Origin: Eledone cirrhosa
Taxonomy: Eukaryota
Assembly (NCBI GenBank): GCA_964016885.1
Contig: OZ024740.1
Location: 254,510,001-254,574,000 of the forward strand
DNA: 64,000 nucleotides
Reading direction: 5' to 3'
Part shown: positions 36,375 through 50,842 of the stretch, one piece after another
How positions within the stretch are numbered: position 1 is the first letter of the stretch
How the letters are laid out: the number at the start of each line of letters is the position of its first letter
Position numbers and translations under genes: made by a program
Notes under the pieces: model-generated
Told to the model about the DNA's origin: nothing
What the model saw: the letters and a program-made list of their open reading frames with translations, nothing else
Databases searched by the model: none

Positions 36375-39300
36375 GCTGGTGTTGGAGGAAGAAGAAGGAG
36401 GAAAGGGACAAGAACCAACTGGACGAAAGAATTGAATAGAACTGTTAAGCAATGTTACCTGAAGAGTAACCCCAAGGAAACGGATGCATACCATCTGGAA
36501 CGAGATTGGACTATTTAAATTAGATGAACAAAAATTGGCCGGGCAGGCTCGGGTAATAAGAACTAATGGATGGATAAGCGAGTTGGAACTGGAGGAACTG
36601 AGCAGAGAGATTAGGTTAGAAATGGAGAGTGGAGTATGCCAGACAAACGAGCCAGTGGGAAATGAAGGTGAATAGGTTGAGAGAACGGAGGAAACATCCG
36701 AAGCAGACAATGATCTGAATGCTGAAATAAATAACATCTGGAACAAAGATATGGCCATTGAGGAAATGAATGCTGACGGGCTAGGGCAAGATTTGGTTGA
36801 TATCCTAAACTTAGTGGTAGATGAAATGAACAATGATAGTGGGAAACCTATGAACCTAAGATTTGTAGGCAGGAAAAAGTTAAAAGAAACAACAGCTAAG
36901 GTAAACAAAGTCCCATACCTTGAGGCGAGGAGCCTTCACCAGTGCAACAATATCCTCAAAGCAACAGCAAATGCGGTGAGGAAATTAGTTGGCATAAAAG
37001 CGAGAGGAAACAACAAACAAGAAAGATCAGAACCTTGGTGGAAGAAACGACTGAATGGTCAAATCAGGGAAATGAGAAATGACATTGGAAAGCTTGAATC
37101 CCTACTGAATGGGACACTACAAAACATAGACACTAAAAATAGACTGGAAATAAAGTACAAAACTAGGAGGAAAAAGCTAAATATTATCATAGAGGAACTG
37201 AAGCAACGCATTGTAGCAAAGAGTGCAAAGATTAGGCGGTATGAGAGGAGAGACAGTCAGTATAGACAGAACCGCATGTTTGACAACAACCAGAAGATGT
37301 TGTTTGGACAGCTTGAAGGGAAAGAAAGAGGCAAAGACTTGATCCCTGAGGCGGAACAGACTAAAACATTCTGGAGAGGAATATGGGAGCAGGATGTTGA
37401 ACATAATGATCAGGCAGTGTGGATTGAGACAGTACAAAAGGAGATTAGTGAACAAGCACACCAACAAACTGATTTGAGTATCACAGTTGAAACTCTTAAA
37501 GGGCAGGTCAAAAAACTAACCAACTGGAAATCACCAGGCCCAGGATCAAAAATATAACTTCCCTCCACCCGAAACTGACAACCATGTTCAATGACTGCTT
37601 GATGTCGGGTGAGGTACTAGAGTGGTTGACAAAAGGTACCACAGTTCTGATAATGAAAGACCGAATCAAGGGTAATGATGTTACCAACTATAGACCTATC
37701 ACGTCTGTTCGTAATGTGGAAACTGTTAACAAGCATTGTGTCTGAGGAAATCTACCATCACCTCCACATAAACAACTTGTTACCGGACGAACAGAAAGGA
37801 TGCCGAAAGAAGTCCCGTGGTACAAAGGACCAGTTACTTATTGATAAGATGGTAATGAGGAATTGCAAGAGGAGACACACTGGTCTTGCCATGGGATGGA
37901 TAGATTACAAAAAGGCATTCGATATAGTACTTCATTTTTGGATAACCAAAAGCCTAGAGATCTTCAAGGTGGCAGATAACATCAGACAGTTGTTGAGCAA
38001 AAGTATGAAGTCCTGGGAAACAGAGTTAACATCGGATGGAGAATCCTTGGGAGGCGTGAAAATCAAGAGAGGTATCTTCCAGGGAGACAGTTTGCCCCCT
38101 TTGTTGTTTGTCCTTGCCCTGATACCCCTGACCATTATACTGCGAAAAGTGAGAGCAGGATACAAGTTGGGAAAAGGAGAGCTTACCATCAATCACCTCT
38201 TCTTCATGGACGATCTTAAACTCTTTGGGAAGAGTGAGAAGGAGTTGGATGTACTTGTTGACACTGTCCGAATTTTCAGCAATGATATATGTATGTAATT
38301 TGGTATTAATAAGTGTGGAGTCCTAGTGATGAAGAGGGGTAAATTGAGCCGAAGTAACGGAATCTAGGTACCAACAGGTGAGATGATAAAGGAAATTGAC
38401 ACTGAAGAAGGATACAAATATTTAGGTGTTCTGCAGGCAGATGAGTATATTAGGAGAGTAAGGAGCGTATTAGAATCACATCTAAATAGTAGGAATGTCA
38501 TAAGTGCAGTGAATTCCCGAGCTGTGTCTATTATTAGGTACAGTGCGGGAATTCTGAAATGGAATGCTGCTGAACAAAAAGAAATAGATAGGAAGACTAG
38601 GAAGCTATTGACTATCTACAACATGTTCCACGAGAGGAGTGATGTCGATAGACTCTACTTAAGGAGATCTGAAGGTTAAAGAGGTCTTATCAGCATAGAA
38701 GACTGTGTTCAGATGGAGAAAAACAACCTGCACAAATACGTGATTGATAGTAGAGAGCCAATGCTCAAAACTGTACTGAAGGAGTGGACAATAGACCAGG
38801 GGATGTCCAAGGAGGAAATAACAACAAGGAGGAAAAGCAACCTTCATGAAAATTCCCTTCATAGTATCTTCTTTGAGAAAACTGAATTTAGAGATCCACA
38901 GACATGGAACTGGTTGAAAAGAGAAAACCTTAAAAGGGCTACAGAAGGAATGCTAATGGCTGCGCAAGAGCAGGCCCTCAAAACGAAGTGGGTGAAACAC
39001 CATATTTACAAAGAGGAGGCTAGCCCACTGTGTAGAATCTGTGGAGAGAGAGAGAGGAGATTGTGGCTCACATTGTATCCAAATGTAAACACCTAGCCCA
39101 GACTCACTATAAAGGCTGGAGACATGATGTGATGGGCAGGGTGATCCACTGGCACCTATGCAAAGTAAACAATTTACCACAGCCAGAGTCGGTGATAGAA
39201 AACGATCAGGTGAAGGTGCTGTGGGATTTTAGGATACAGACGGACAAGAAACTGGAACACAATAGACCTGACCAGGTGGTTTTGGACAAGGGAAAAAGAT

Positions 39301-39660
39301 CGTGCCTGACTGTAGATGTAGCCTGCCCATTCGACACGAGAGTGCAAGAGAAGGAGAGGGAGAAAATTAACCGATACCAGGACTTAAAGTGGGAGGTAAA
39401 AAGGATTTGGAACTGCCATGAGGTCAAAGTGGTTCCGATTGTCATAGGCGCACTAGGTACTATCTCAAAGAGTTTCTAAGGATGGTTAAAGAAAATTAGT
39501 CCAGCCCCGCTTTTTGGAACACTTCAAAATGCATGCTTGCTGGGAACAGCAAGAACCCTCCGATACGTCCTGAATATCTGAGGCTGCAGGTAGCGGCTTG
39601 ATATTCATTTCAACAAACTTTCCAGTTAAATAACATCAATGACTGAGACTCAAAGAACAA
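36372..39660 (+). mobile_element. Decayed second copy of Dong family A, slightly 5'-truncated, (TAA)n on both sides
   Basis: Colinear with 30976-34360 but with multiple stops and indels. Confidence 0.95.
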
Positions 39661-39685
39661 TAATAATAATAATAATAATAATAAT

Positions 39686-42620
39686 TTTTTATTAGCCACA
39701 TAGGGCTCACATTAAGGAAACTTTAATAAGACAATACAGTGTGGGGTTTATTTGTGTAAAATAAATTTATAACAGAGACGAAGAAAATAAACATTTAAAG
39801 CAAGCATAGCTAATTCCCCAAAAGGTGAAGAGACTATGGGTCATTCGTCTAGAAATCCCACAAAAGCCTGTCCGCTAGGGTAAAGTGCTGCCTCCCAGTT
39901 TTTCTACTCCAATCTATAGGCGTATGTTCAAGGCAGACCAATTCATACGGACCATGCTCGTCACTCACCCACTTCAATCCTTTCAAACACGTCCGCCACA
40001 CGACCTCTTTTGCCATGGCCACGAGGCAGATAAAAGTTCCCTACCCTCTCGGCTAAAGGAAGGCGGCGGAGCAATCTTCACGATGGACTCAGCTGATAGC
40101 CGGATCCGTCCTACACGGAATAGCAGGTGTTCGACATAAACCCACAAGTCAGCAATGCTCGAACATTGGACAAATGCGTGCTGGATGGTTTTGACGCCCT
40201 GCACGCATCTCGGACAGGCCCGGCTGACGGCACTTCCATGCCTGTAATGTTCATATCGAACTGGCAAATCTCCTCGGTAGCACTGCCAGGCCAGGGATTT
40301 CTGGAAGATATCCATGGGCCCTGGCCCGAAAGTTCTCCCGAAGAGATTGGCTAGTCGATTTTCGTCGACGCCCAGAGTCTCCCCAAGGACGTCGTCGCTC
40401 TTGCCCTCCATTAACCCTCTATAGAAATCCGAAGTGGATGTTTCACCGATCGTAGTGCATAGTTGGTTGAGGGCTGTGAGCGTCTGAAGACATTCCAGTT
40501 TCCAAGCGGTCCCTCTCGGTCTTCGCTTGACTCAGGATTGCAGCTCCGTCAAGGAGACGAGCTGGGGAAATACGTGTCAAGTAAACGGTGACCACACCTA
40601 TTCACCGCCAAGGAAGAGCTGAAGGTTTCGTAGCCTCAGCGCGTGTCTGGGCCTCATCAGCCACGACATGCCTAGCCCTCCACGTGGCGGGTGTTGACAG
40701 TAGATGGAGCACCTAACCAATGGAACCTGGCCTCTCTACAAAAAAGCGAAAGAGTTGACGCTCCAGTGCAGTTAGACGTGGGCTATGACAAGGCACGACG
40801 GTCAGGTGATAGTAGATGACGGACGCGATGTGCGCTAACTAGATCTCCCTGTGTAGTTTTCTCTATCGTTTCAGCCTTACTAAACCATATCGATACTGCT
40901 CTAGTAGCTTTTTTTTATGGTGAACCACCATTTGTTGTTGACGATTGTTCCCGTCAACGATCGCCTAATTTACTGATCCGGTCTTTGTATGCCGGGAATG
41001 ACGAGTTTAGCTTCCATTAGATGTTTATGAAAGCTGTCTAGATTGACCACACAGATTACAAAATTTATGCTCTGTGTAATCGAGTACTTTGAATTCTACA
41101 TAACTTATACTAGACTTATCTATTTCCCTACAGAATACCCTATCTAAATACGATCTGGATGACCCGATGCGGTTTTTTCATGTCCACATTGGCACATTTG
41201 GGAAATCCAGTCGGTACATGTCAGACAGTTGGAAGCGTTTGAACCGGTTTTCGAGGCTTTTACACCCTCCTCCCCTATCTGTTAGTCCCACACAGTCCCA
41301 GCGTGCATCCAAGATACGGTTCCAGTCACCCACTAACACTAAAGAGTGGGACGTTCCTAAAACGTCTCAAGACGTCTGAAGAAATAAGGCCGTCCTGCTC
41401 CAATCAAGGCATAGGCAGCCATTAGCCTGAAAGCATAGCCTTGGATGTTAGTCCCGTTCAGAACCACCAACTTATTTTCTGGATCCAGGAAGATGGTCCG
41501 TATTGCAAGATCCAAGTCTTTCCGAATTAGCACAGCTAATGACTTGGAGATGCGTACACCTCGTAGCCGCCAAAGATGGGTGGAAAAGTTCATGCATTGG
41601 AAATTCTAGTCTCGCTGATGACCACCACATCTATGTTTATTGACCTGTAGTCGTTCAGCTGGTGACTCTGCCTCCACGATGATCCCAGGCCACGTTCATT
41701 TACACTCCCTATCTTGAATGAAGCCATGTTGGATGAAGATGAGGAAAAAGTGTGGCAGCCCACCTACCTTAGTCTTTTGGAGGAAAGATGGTTATTCCGT
41801 CCCTTGGTCACATGTGGGTTCGTTTGCAAGTATGTATCCATATATGCTTCTAGAGAGCGTTCTTCGGTATTCACTAATTGCCTAGGGGGATTTTGCTTTT
41901 AAATTTGTGTACGTTTTTTTATCTATGTTTATAATTTTTATGTGGGTGGTGCGAATTTTTGGGGTGTTACGTCATTTATGTGTGAAATGCTTGTGTTACG
42001 TTGTATGTAGTTGATTACATTTTGGTTGTTCAGGTTTATTGCTGTACAGTGCAGGTTGTATTTTTCTGTTGGATTTGCTTTTGTTGTTGTGGATGTGGAT
42101 TTAATTGGGATGTTTTTAGTGTCTGCGGTGTCTGTTGCGGTGTTAATGGTGATGGTGGTGGTGGAAGTAGTGGTGGTGATGGTGGTGGCGGTAGTGGTGA
42201 TGGTAGTGGAAGTAGTGGTGGTGGTGGTGGTAGTGGTGGTGGTAGTGGAAGTAGTGGTGGTAATGGTGGTGGTGGTAGTGGTGATGGTAGTGGTGGTGGT
42301 GGTGGTAGTGGTGATGGTAGTGGAAGTAGTGGTGGTGGTGGTGGTAGTGGTGGTGGTAGTGGTGGTGGTAGTGGAAGTAGTGGTGGTGGTGGTGGTAGTG
42401 GTGGTGGTAGTGGTGGTGGTAGTGGAAGTAGTGGTGGTGATGGTGGTGGTGGTAGTGGTGATGGTAGTGGAAGTAGTGGTAGTGGTGGTGGTAGTGGTGG
42501 TGGTAGTGGAAATAGTGGTGGAGACGTTGGTGTAGGTGTTGGTAATAGTTGCCTCAAGGCTTTAGCTTTTTTTTTCCTTTTTTTTTGGAGGGTGAAGTCA
42601 GAGAGTTTTTTCTCTTTTTT
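39686..42620 (-). mobile_element. Internally deleted L1/Tx1-type LINE (ORF1 end, APE, 3' end; RT core missing)
   Basis: APE motifs at 41000-41700, junction near 40840, zf region CPRC..H..C, AATAAA then (ATT)n at ~39685. Confidence 0.85.
42146..42522. repeat. GGT/AGT-rich low-complexity expansion in the Tx1 ORF1 tail
   Basis: Imperfect triplet repeats producing poly-G/V/P/T ORFs. Confidence 0.9.
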
Positions 42621-42809
42621 TGTTGTTGTTTTTATTATTATCACTCGCGCTCCATGATCCATTTTTCTAAAATATATATTATACACAAGACGCCGGCATA
42701 AACAGTTTTTCAAGAGATGGCAACATGAATGGACCTGTTATTTTTCTCTAAAAACATTTTTCCAATTCTACCCCGCCCGTCCCTTCAATCTATCTAATTT
42801 CTCATTATT

Positions 42810-42845
42810 TTTTCTGATGAAGGACTAGCGTCCGAAACGTTAAAA
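42810..42845 (+). ncRNA. Minimal type I hammerhead ribozyme
   Basis: TTT-CTGATGA(42814-42820)-A-GGAC-TAGC-GTCC-GAAA-CG-TTA-AAA; palindromic stem III AACGTT. Confidence 0.85.
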
Positions 42846-42983
42846 TCCTCTTCCTGCTATTTCAAGCGTTAACCTAATATATTCCTTCCATATATTGTAC
42901 CGATTGTGTTATTATTTCTGTTTACCTTTTACACACATATATAATTCTATATCGCTGTCTAATTGCTTGTTGGCATTTAATGC

Positions 42984-43556
42984 CCGGAAAGATTTTAGGC
43001 AGTACCATTGTTTACTGTCGCACTGTATCGCCATGGTACTTGGAGACTGGAGCCGAATGCTACCATTCTATTGTACAGCGATTCGAGACAGATTTTCTCT
43101 AATAACCGATTTTTTCACTTACTTGTTAATTTGTGTTTGACTTGGTGAGTTATTATAGAGGGGTCGAAATTTTGATGACGCGTAGGGATTTCAGTTACTA
43201 ATGTACTACTGTGTCGCATGTCACATTTACTGCCATAGCCGACACGGACTGGAATCGAATTCTGTCGATCGATTGGTTATTGATTAGGTGAGACCCACTT
43301 ATGAAGCCACATGTGCCGATTGTGCATTGTTGCATAATAAATGCAGACAATAGATGGTGTACGCTCTCTCACTGCATCAAGTGTGGCCAAAACTGGAGTA
43401 CGGGTATAAATCTATGGTACCCATCTACGTGTGTTGTATTGAGGCAAATAACTTTGTGTCTACTCTGGAATTTAGACATAAACTTACCTATTGAGTACGC
43501 TGAGATGCAACCGGTACTAGCAGGGAAACCTTATTCTAGTCCCGTCAACTTCTTAA
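42984..43556 (-). repeat. Non-coding repeat, inverted partner of 44952-45580
   Basis: Reverse-complement colinearity; both copies begin TAAGAAGTTGACGGGACTAG. Confidence 0.85.
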
Positions 43557-43711
43557 GTCAGCAGATGTAGACAATTTATAATAGATACAGAAACATATAT
43601 CAAAGCAAATAAATTCATAATCTCTTCACGCCGACGTTTTATTTTTCTTGGTGCAATACTTGCTTATATTACTCTTTTACTATTTTACCTGTTCCAGCCA
43701 TCCGACTGAGG

Positions 43712-43815
<104 letters not shown>

Positions 43816-44054
43816 TGCACAGACCACCACAGAAATATAATCATTAAGTACATTCTAGCCTTCTTAATTCTATACCACAGTAATGTCTGTAAGTATCTTA
43901 TCAACCCATAAACATATCCCTTCTCAGCTGCTGTCAACACAACTACCCCACCCTTGACTCTCAACAAATGAACCTAAACCCAAGAACATTTCAGAATACT
44001 ACTACAGTAGAACATCACCTTCCTCCTGTTATAATTGTAGTCAGCAAGTTTCCT

Positions 44055-44094
<40 letters not shown>

Positions 44095-44098
<4 letters not shown>

Positions 44099-44940
44099 CC
44101 TCCTTAACCTCTATATTAACTTGCCTATTATATTGCTACTCTGTTAATGTTATCTTATACATGTATGTTATTGATGATGTGAAAGCTAAACAACCCCATG
44201 ATTCGAACTAACAGTCTACATAAATATTGAACCCACCTCACACCGCAAATATTACTACCCTCACTACAGTGATAAATATTTCATCTGTCAGATAATAAAT
44301 AATTCTTACGGCCACCAGACCTACAGTAAAGGAAATGGTTCATTGTTTAAACCCACCGGCTTATCTCTACACTATATATAATACACCCCATGACACCTTT
44401 TACATGTCAATTTTATACATCTGCCTCATGTCAGCTAGTTTTACACGCTAAAATCGTAGATATACTATGTTTCTTACCTAGATTGATGTTGTGATTATTT
44501 CAAATAATTTATTGCTAGCATTGTTAGTATTGTTGTTATTGTTCTGATTGAATGCCATTACTACTATATATAGTATCCATGCCTGTATATCCCTTTCATT
44601 CTCACAAGCTCCGATGAATTGACTGGTTATAACTATGTATTGGTGATCGAATGACGTGAAAACAAGCGGGTAGCGATCTCTAGACCTACCAGTTCAGAGA
44701 AACAATTGTCAGCAATGAGATTAAAAACCTTTTTTGTATAGCAAACCGTGTCACTCTTCTTTCCTGATTTATCATTACTCTAAGTGTTAACAACATAGAA
44801 ATTACCGCGTACTCGCAGCATCACTATTGAAGCGCCTTGTTGAGTCAAACTTAGCCAAGCGTTGATATCATCCACTACTCGGAGTACCCTAACTGGACTA
44901 CACCTAAGTGGACTACCTATAACAATAATCTGTTACCCTG
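44095..44940 (+). mobile_element. PLE pseudo-LTR between (TA)n tracts
   Basis: Contains hammerhead 44608-44713; 3' end homologous to 11331-11550. Confidence 0.65.
44608..44713 (+). ncRNA. Type I hammerhead ribozyme (CCGATGA core) with ~80-nt stem II domain
   Basis: GCT-CCGATGA-ATTG-ACTGGT...ACCAGT-TCAGA-GAAA-CAATTG-TC-AGC; palindromic stem III ACAATTGT. Confidence 0.75.
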
Positions 44941-44951
44941 TATATATATAT

Positions 44952-45580
44952 ATAAGAAGTTGACGGGACTAGCATAAGTTTCACTGCTAGTACCGGTTGC
45001 ATCTCAGTGTACTCAATAGGTAAGGTTATGTAAATATTCCAGAGTAGACACAAAGTTATTTGCTACAACATACGTAAATGAGTACCTTAAATATATACCC
45101 GTACTCGAGTTTTGGCAACTCTTAATGCAGCAATAGAATGCACAGCATCTTCATGTATTATCCAACAATGCACAATCGGCGCATATGGCTTCATCAGCGG
45201 ATTTCGCATAATCAATAACCAATCGATCGACAGAATTCGATTCCAGTCCGTGTCGGCTATAGCAGTGAATGTGACAGGTGACACAGTAGTACATTAGCAA
45301 CTGAAATCTCTACGCGGCATCAGAATGCTATCAACTGATTGGCAATTGGTTCAGAAATTTACGTGATGGTAGGAGTCGAAATTGAAATACTTCCACTCCA
45401 TGCATAAGCATTTACCAACGTATCTCAAACACAAATTAAGTGAGTGAAAAAATCGGTTATTAGAGAAAATCAGTCTCCAATCGCTGTACAATAGAATGGT
45501 AGCATTCGGCTCCAATCTCCAAGTACCATGGTGAAAATAGTGCGACAGTAACAATTGTAGTAGCTAAAGCCTCTCCGGAC
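44952..45580 (+). repeat. Non-coding repeat, inverted partner of 42984-43556; possibly a Helitron 5' region
   Basis: See partner; follows a TA tract and lies upstream of a Helitron helicase relic. Confidence 0.75.
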
Positions 45581-45705
45581 ACAGACACACACATATATAT
45601 AATTACAACAGTGACATAAACAGTTACTTAAGTTCGTTGGGTTCTGAACCCGAACTCATTCAGTCTGTCATAAGAAAAAAATAATATATATATACATACG
45701 CACTC

Positions 45706-45898
<193 letters not shown>

Positions 45899-46059
45899 AT
45901 TGATTGAAATTGAGGATCAATTTTGGTAATAGAAAGCAAGAATTTGCAAGAGTCTGGTTCCGGATTGCCAAAATCAAAGTAATTTAACTTTAAGAGAGTT
46001 TGACAAATTATGACATCACAAAGTTGGCTGCATTTGTGATTGAACATGAACCTAAACGT

Positions 46060-47286
46060 CTTCCAGAACAACGCTGGGCATATTATGAAATCATTTCGTC
46101 AATCAAGAGGAATTTTCTTTCTTGATGCTTCAGGTGGCAGAGGTAAAGTATTTGTAACATCACATCCCTCTGAGGAAAGGTGGCAAGAAAGAATTGGACT
46201 TGCTGTAGCATCGTCTGGCAATCCTGCCACCCTTCTCCCAGGAGGACAAACAGCTCATTCTGCTTTTAAATTACTGCTAAACCTGGTCACAAATTGCAGT
46301 CCAATTTGTAACATATGCAAAGGCTCAGGTTCAACAGAAGTGTTGCATCAATGCCACCTGATCATTTGGGATGAATGCACCATGTCACATAGAGGTGCAA
46401 TGGAAGCTCTTGATAAGACCTAACAGGACATAAGAGGCAACAATAAATCTATGGGAGGAGCTACATTAATTTTATCAGGAGACTTCAGACAGACATTACC
46501 AGTCATTCCGAGAGGAACAAGAACTGAAGAAATAAAAGCATGCATTAAGTCTTCGCAGCTATGGAATAAAGTAAAGATTTTCTCCTTCAATACTATCATA
46601 CAGGCTTTATTACATGGAGACCAATGTACAGAACAGTTCTCAACCTGACTCCTTCAATTAGGAAATGGCGCAGTACCAATTGATGGGAATGGTGATATCA
46701 ATTTGGCTCATATTACTATCATGGTGAATTCCTCAGCTGAATTGAAGACCAGGGTATTTCCATACTTAAGTAATAATTATAATTCACATAAATGGTTGTG
46801 TGAAAGGGCAATTCCTGCTAAAAAAAAATGAGACAGTAGCAAGGATTAACCATGAATTAATGAATAAGATTCTAACAGTCATTAAGGAGTACAAATCAGT
46901 TGATTCAGTCCTTGAGGAAAATCAAGCTGTCCACTATCCAACAGAGTTCCTTAATTCTCTTGAGCCACCTGGAACTCCTCCACGTTTTCTGAAGGTAGGA
47001 GTCCCAATAATGCTTCTAAAACATTTAGATCCTCCTAAATTATGCAATGGGACAAGGTTGATTATGAAGACATTATCACCTAATGTGATTGAAGCTACCA
47101 TCATCACTGGGTGTACTTCCGGGGAAGATTACAAGAATTCCAATCAACAAAGCATTTAAATTAGCCTTGCTTTTCTCATGGTCAACTTTATGTTGGTTGT
47201 CCAGGATGGGTAGTTTACAAGACTTATTTGTCTATGCTCCGAACCAGAAAACAAAGAATGTTGTTTACCCAGAAGCTCTCAAGTAA
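46060..47286 (+). pseudogene. Helitron PIF1-family helicase relic
   Basis: FLDASGGRGK, VASSG, TAHSAF, IIWDECTM, GDFRQTLPV, LCNGTRL, TKNVVYPEAL. Confidence 0.9.
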
Positions 47287-47592
47287 TTTCCTTCAACACA
47301 TGTGATAGAATTTATCTCCCTTCATAACAGACATAAATTTTGTATTTTAATTTTTTATAATTTCTGTATTATGAATTCAGAATTGATTTCATAATGTACT
47401 TTAACTCTTAATAATGGTACCCGTTTCAGCATTATATGCTTTTTCAACTGCGGATGTGCAAAATGCAGTTAAGTTGCATATTTATACGAATAATAAAAAG
47501 GGGAAGAAAAATTATTAGTTTTTACATACATATTTAGAGAAGAAAGAGTTCATATCTCTGTCTGTGGTTGTCCTTCGTTCTCTGTTAGTTAG

Positions 47593-47674
<82 letters not shown>

Positions 47675-48045
47675 CATACATACATATAAATACACACACA
47701 CACATATATATATATATATACACATGTCTGTGTGTGTGTGATTCATTCATTTTGTGTCTGTATTGATGTCCTGTAACTTTGATGTACGACAATAAATGAT
47801 AGCATATGATCGACTAAATCAATGTAAGACCAAACATGGTAGGAGCATAATTAATGTAATATATACAGTATGTCTCAACAAATGTATACACACTTCAGTA
47901 TTCTAATCAACCTGTATATAATTACATGCTTTTTAACGTAATTCCTTCTATGCGTTACACCGTCTGGATCGCCTAAAATGAATTGGTTCTGTTACTTCTT
48001 ATATTTTATTTTTCTTCCGCACCCTAGGGGAGTTCTTGATGAATT

Positions 48046-50420
48046 CATCATCATCATCATCATCATCGTCGTCGTTTAATGTCCACCTTCCATGCTAGCA
48101 TGGGTTAGACGGTTTTGTTCCATTTGATGCGGGCATGGTCGGGAGACCATGTCTAGCTCGCACGGAAACGTCTCGGGCAGGTTTTTTACAGCTGGGTGCC
48201 CTTCCTAACACCAACCACATTTACAGTGTGGACTGGGAGCCTTTTCACTGTGTCTCCTACACGATCACCTTGCAGTGTGGACTGTTGTGTCATCGATACA
48301 GTGGACGGAACGGGAGAGGGTAGGGTGTGGCAGTGGGGTGTACATTGAGTTAAGAGGTGCCCACTGACTATAGGTTTGTATGCAATGATAGTCGAGTCTT
48401 CTGTACAACTACATGGCACCAAAGGTCTCGATCCAGTGTCATTGTCTTAGAGAGGTGTAGGTGGGCAAGGTAAGTTTTTATCACCTCGTCCCAGGTTTTT
48501 CTTGGTATACCTACTCCGCAGCTTCCATCAATTTTTCATTGCCCTACACTTTTTTATACAGCTGTCGTCCTTCATACGCATCACATGTCCATACCAACGC
48601 AATCTCCTCTCCAGAACACAACATTTGATACCTCTTATGCTTAGTCTCCCTCTTAGTTCGTTTATGCTTCGCCTTTCACGCACGTTGCTATTAGACATCC
48701 ATCGGAGCATGCAAGCTTCATTTCTTTCTAATCTACGCAGGTGTTCAGCACACAATGCCCAAGTCTCACTACCATGTAATAACGCTGTTCGTATACATGC
48801 ATCATACAATCTGCCTTTCATTTTTAGAGAAAAAACCCTTGTGGCCAACAGCGGTATTAGCTCTCTGAACTTTTCCCATCCCGTTCTAACTCTGGCTACT
48901 ACACTTTCAGATCACCCTCTTCCACTGCTGATTTTGTCACCCAGGTAACGGAAGGTGTCTACTATTTCTATAGAACCATCTGGGATGTTGAAGGAGATAT
49001 CATCCAGTAGGTCCTTGCTACTTACTTCACCTGAGCATCGGCCACATATAAAATCTACATTCTTAGATAGCTTACCTCTGATCCCACTACATCTTTTATG
49101 TACCCATAGTTTGCATTTGGGACATAGAATGGAGTTTCTACCTACTCCTTTCTTACACACTGAACATGGCCACTTCCCAGAGGGTACTTGTGCCCTATTC
49201 TCCTTTCTGAATACGAGAACTTTAGTCTTAGACAAGTTGACTTTAAGGCCTTTTTATTCAAGGCCATGCTTCCATGTTTGGAACTTCCTCTCTAGTTAAG
49301 CCATAGATTCAGCTATGAGAGTTAGATCATCTGCATATAGAAGTTCCCATGGGCAGCCAGTCTTAAACGCCTCTGTTATAGCCTGTTGGACAATAATAAA
49401 CAGGAGGGGGATAAGAACGGAGTCCTGGTGAACCGCTACCATTACGCTAAATTCATCACTATATTCTTCGTTAATTCTAACCTTGCTGACTGTTTCTTTA
49501 TACATGGCTTGTATAGCTCTCACATGCCATTCTTCCACTCCTAGTTTTCTAAGAGTCCACCAGATTAAGGTGCGTGGAACTCTGTCAAAGGCCTTCTCCA
49601 GGTCAACAAAAGCTAAGTATAGGGGTGTACTCTTAGCCAGGTACTTCCCTGCAATTGCCGTACAAGGAAAAGAGTATCCGTGGTACTTTTACCTGGCACA
49701 AACCCAAACTGCATTTCATCTAGATCAATTTTGTCTCTGATCAGTTGAGTAATAATTCTTTCTGTGACTTTCATGATTTGGTCAACTAATTTAATACCCT
49801 ATAGTTTCCTCTATCCAGGGCGTCTCCTTTGCCCTTGTAATAGTTGATGATGATGATGCTACGCCAGTCATTTGGTATGACTCCATTCTGTATTACTTGG
49901 TTTACTATCCGGGTGACCATAGTATGTCCCACCATTCCAGATACCTTCAACATTTCAGCAACTATCCTCGAAGGCCCAGCCGCTTTGCCTGTCTTCATAT
50001 TTTTGATTTCCTTACTTACTACACTACCATCAACTTGCACAGCTGGTCCTTCTATTGGATCGGTGTGGGGAAGACTATCTTTATTCCATTCCTTCTCCAC
50101 ATTCAGTAGCCTTTCGTAGTGACACTTCCAAGCTACCTTCTTATCAGTATCAGTGAGAGCAAGTACACCATCGTCATTATGGACACACGTCTCCCCGACA
50201 ATATCACAGTTCGCCTTGACACATTGCCTAGCAATCTTGAATATCTCACGTCTTTGGTTCTCCCGTTGTAGAATATGCTTGAACTTACTATCCTCTGCTT
50301 CCCTCTTTGCACAGTTTACTTGTTGTCCAGCTTCTCTCCTACCTACCCGATAGTGTTCTCTACTACCCTGTCTTGCAATTCTTTCCACGCCTGCTTTTTG
50401 CCCTTGATAGACTCCTCCAC
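48046..50420 (-). mobile_element. 5'-truncated RTE-clade LINE with (ATG)n tail and internal PHD-like finger
   Basis: DLEKAFD, LLYADD, CSVC..CPKC..H..C..CGRC, FRYLG, LLHGSETW, RRLRWYGHV; (CAT)n at 48046-48066. Confidence 0.9.
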
Positions 50421-50729
50421 CGAGTGAAATTAGTTAATCGAAATTATCGATTATTGATTACTTCGTCTTGCCACCGTTATTTAGGGAGAATAAGAATAGT
50501 TTTGGATCCCTCCAAGCTTTTGGTTTTCCTTTTTATTACATATTAGTGCTCTGTAAGGCCGATAATCTTTCAAATCTCTCGGATCTTACCTTCTAGACCT
50601 TACTTTGGATATATTTTATCTGTCTGATTAATTATTATAAAAGCACATCCAGTTTTTCAGCATCATGTTTGGTCAAAACTAAATGGTCATCGCCATATAT
50701 ATATACATGCATACTAGTTTGTGTGTGTG

Positions 50730-50767
<38 letters not shown>

Positions 50768-50842
50768 CGTGCGCGCGCATATCTACACACACGCACAAAC
50801 ACACATATATATATACACACACACACATTAAATATATATATA

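Noticed and set aside
42001-42713. Glycine-rich, valine-rich or formin-like poly-proline proteins
   Set aside because: Triplet-repeat expansion in a Tx1 ORF1 tail that is open in several frames.
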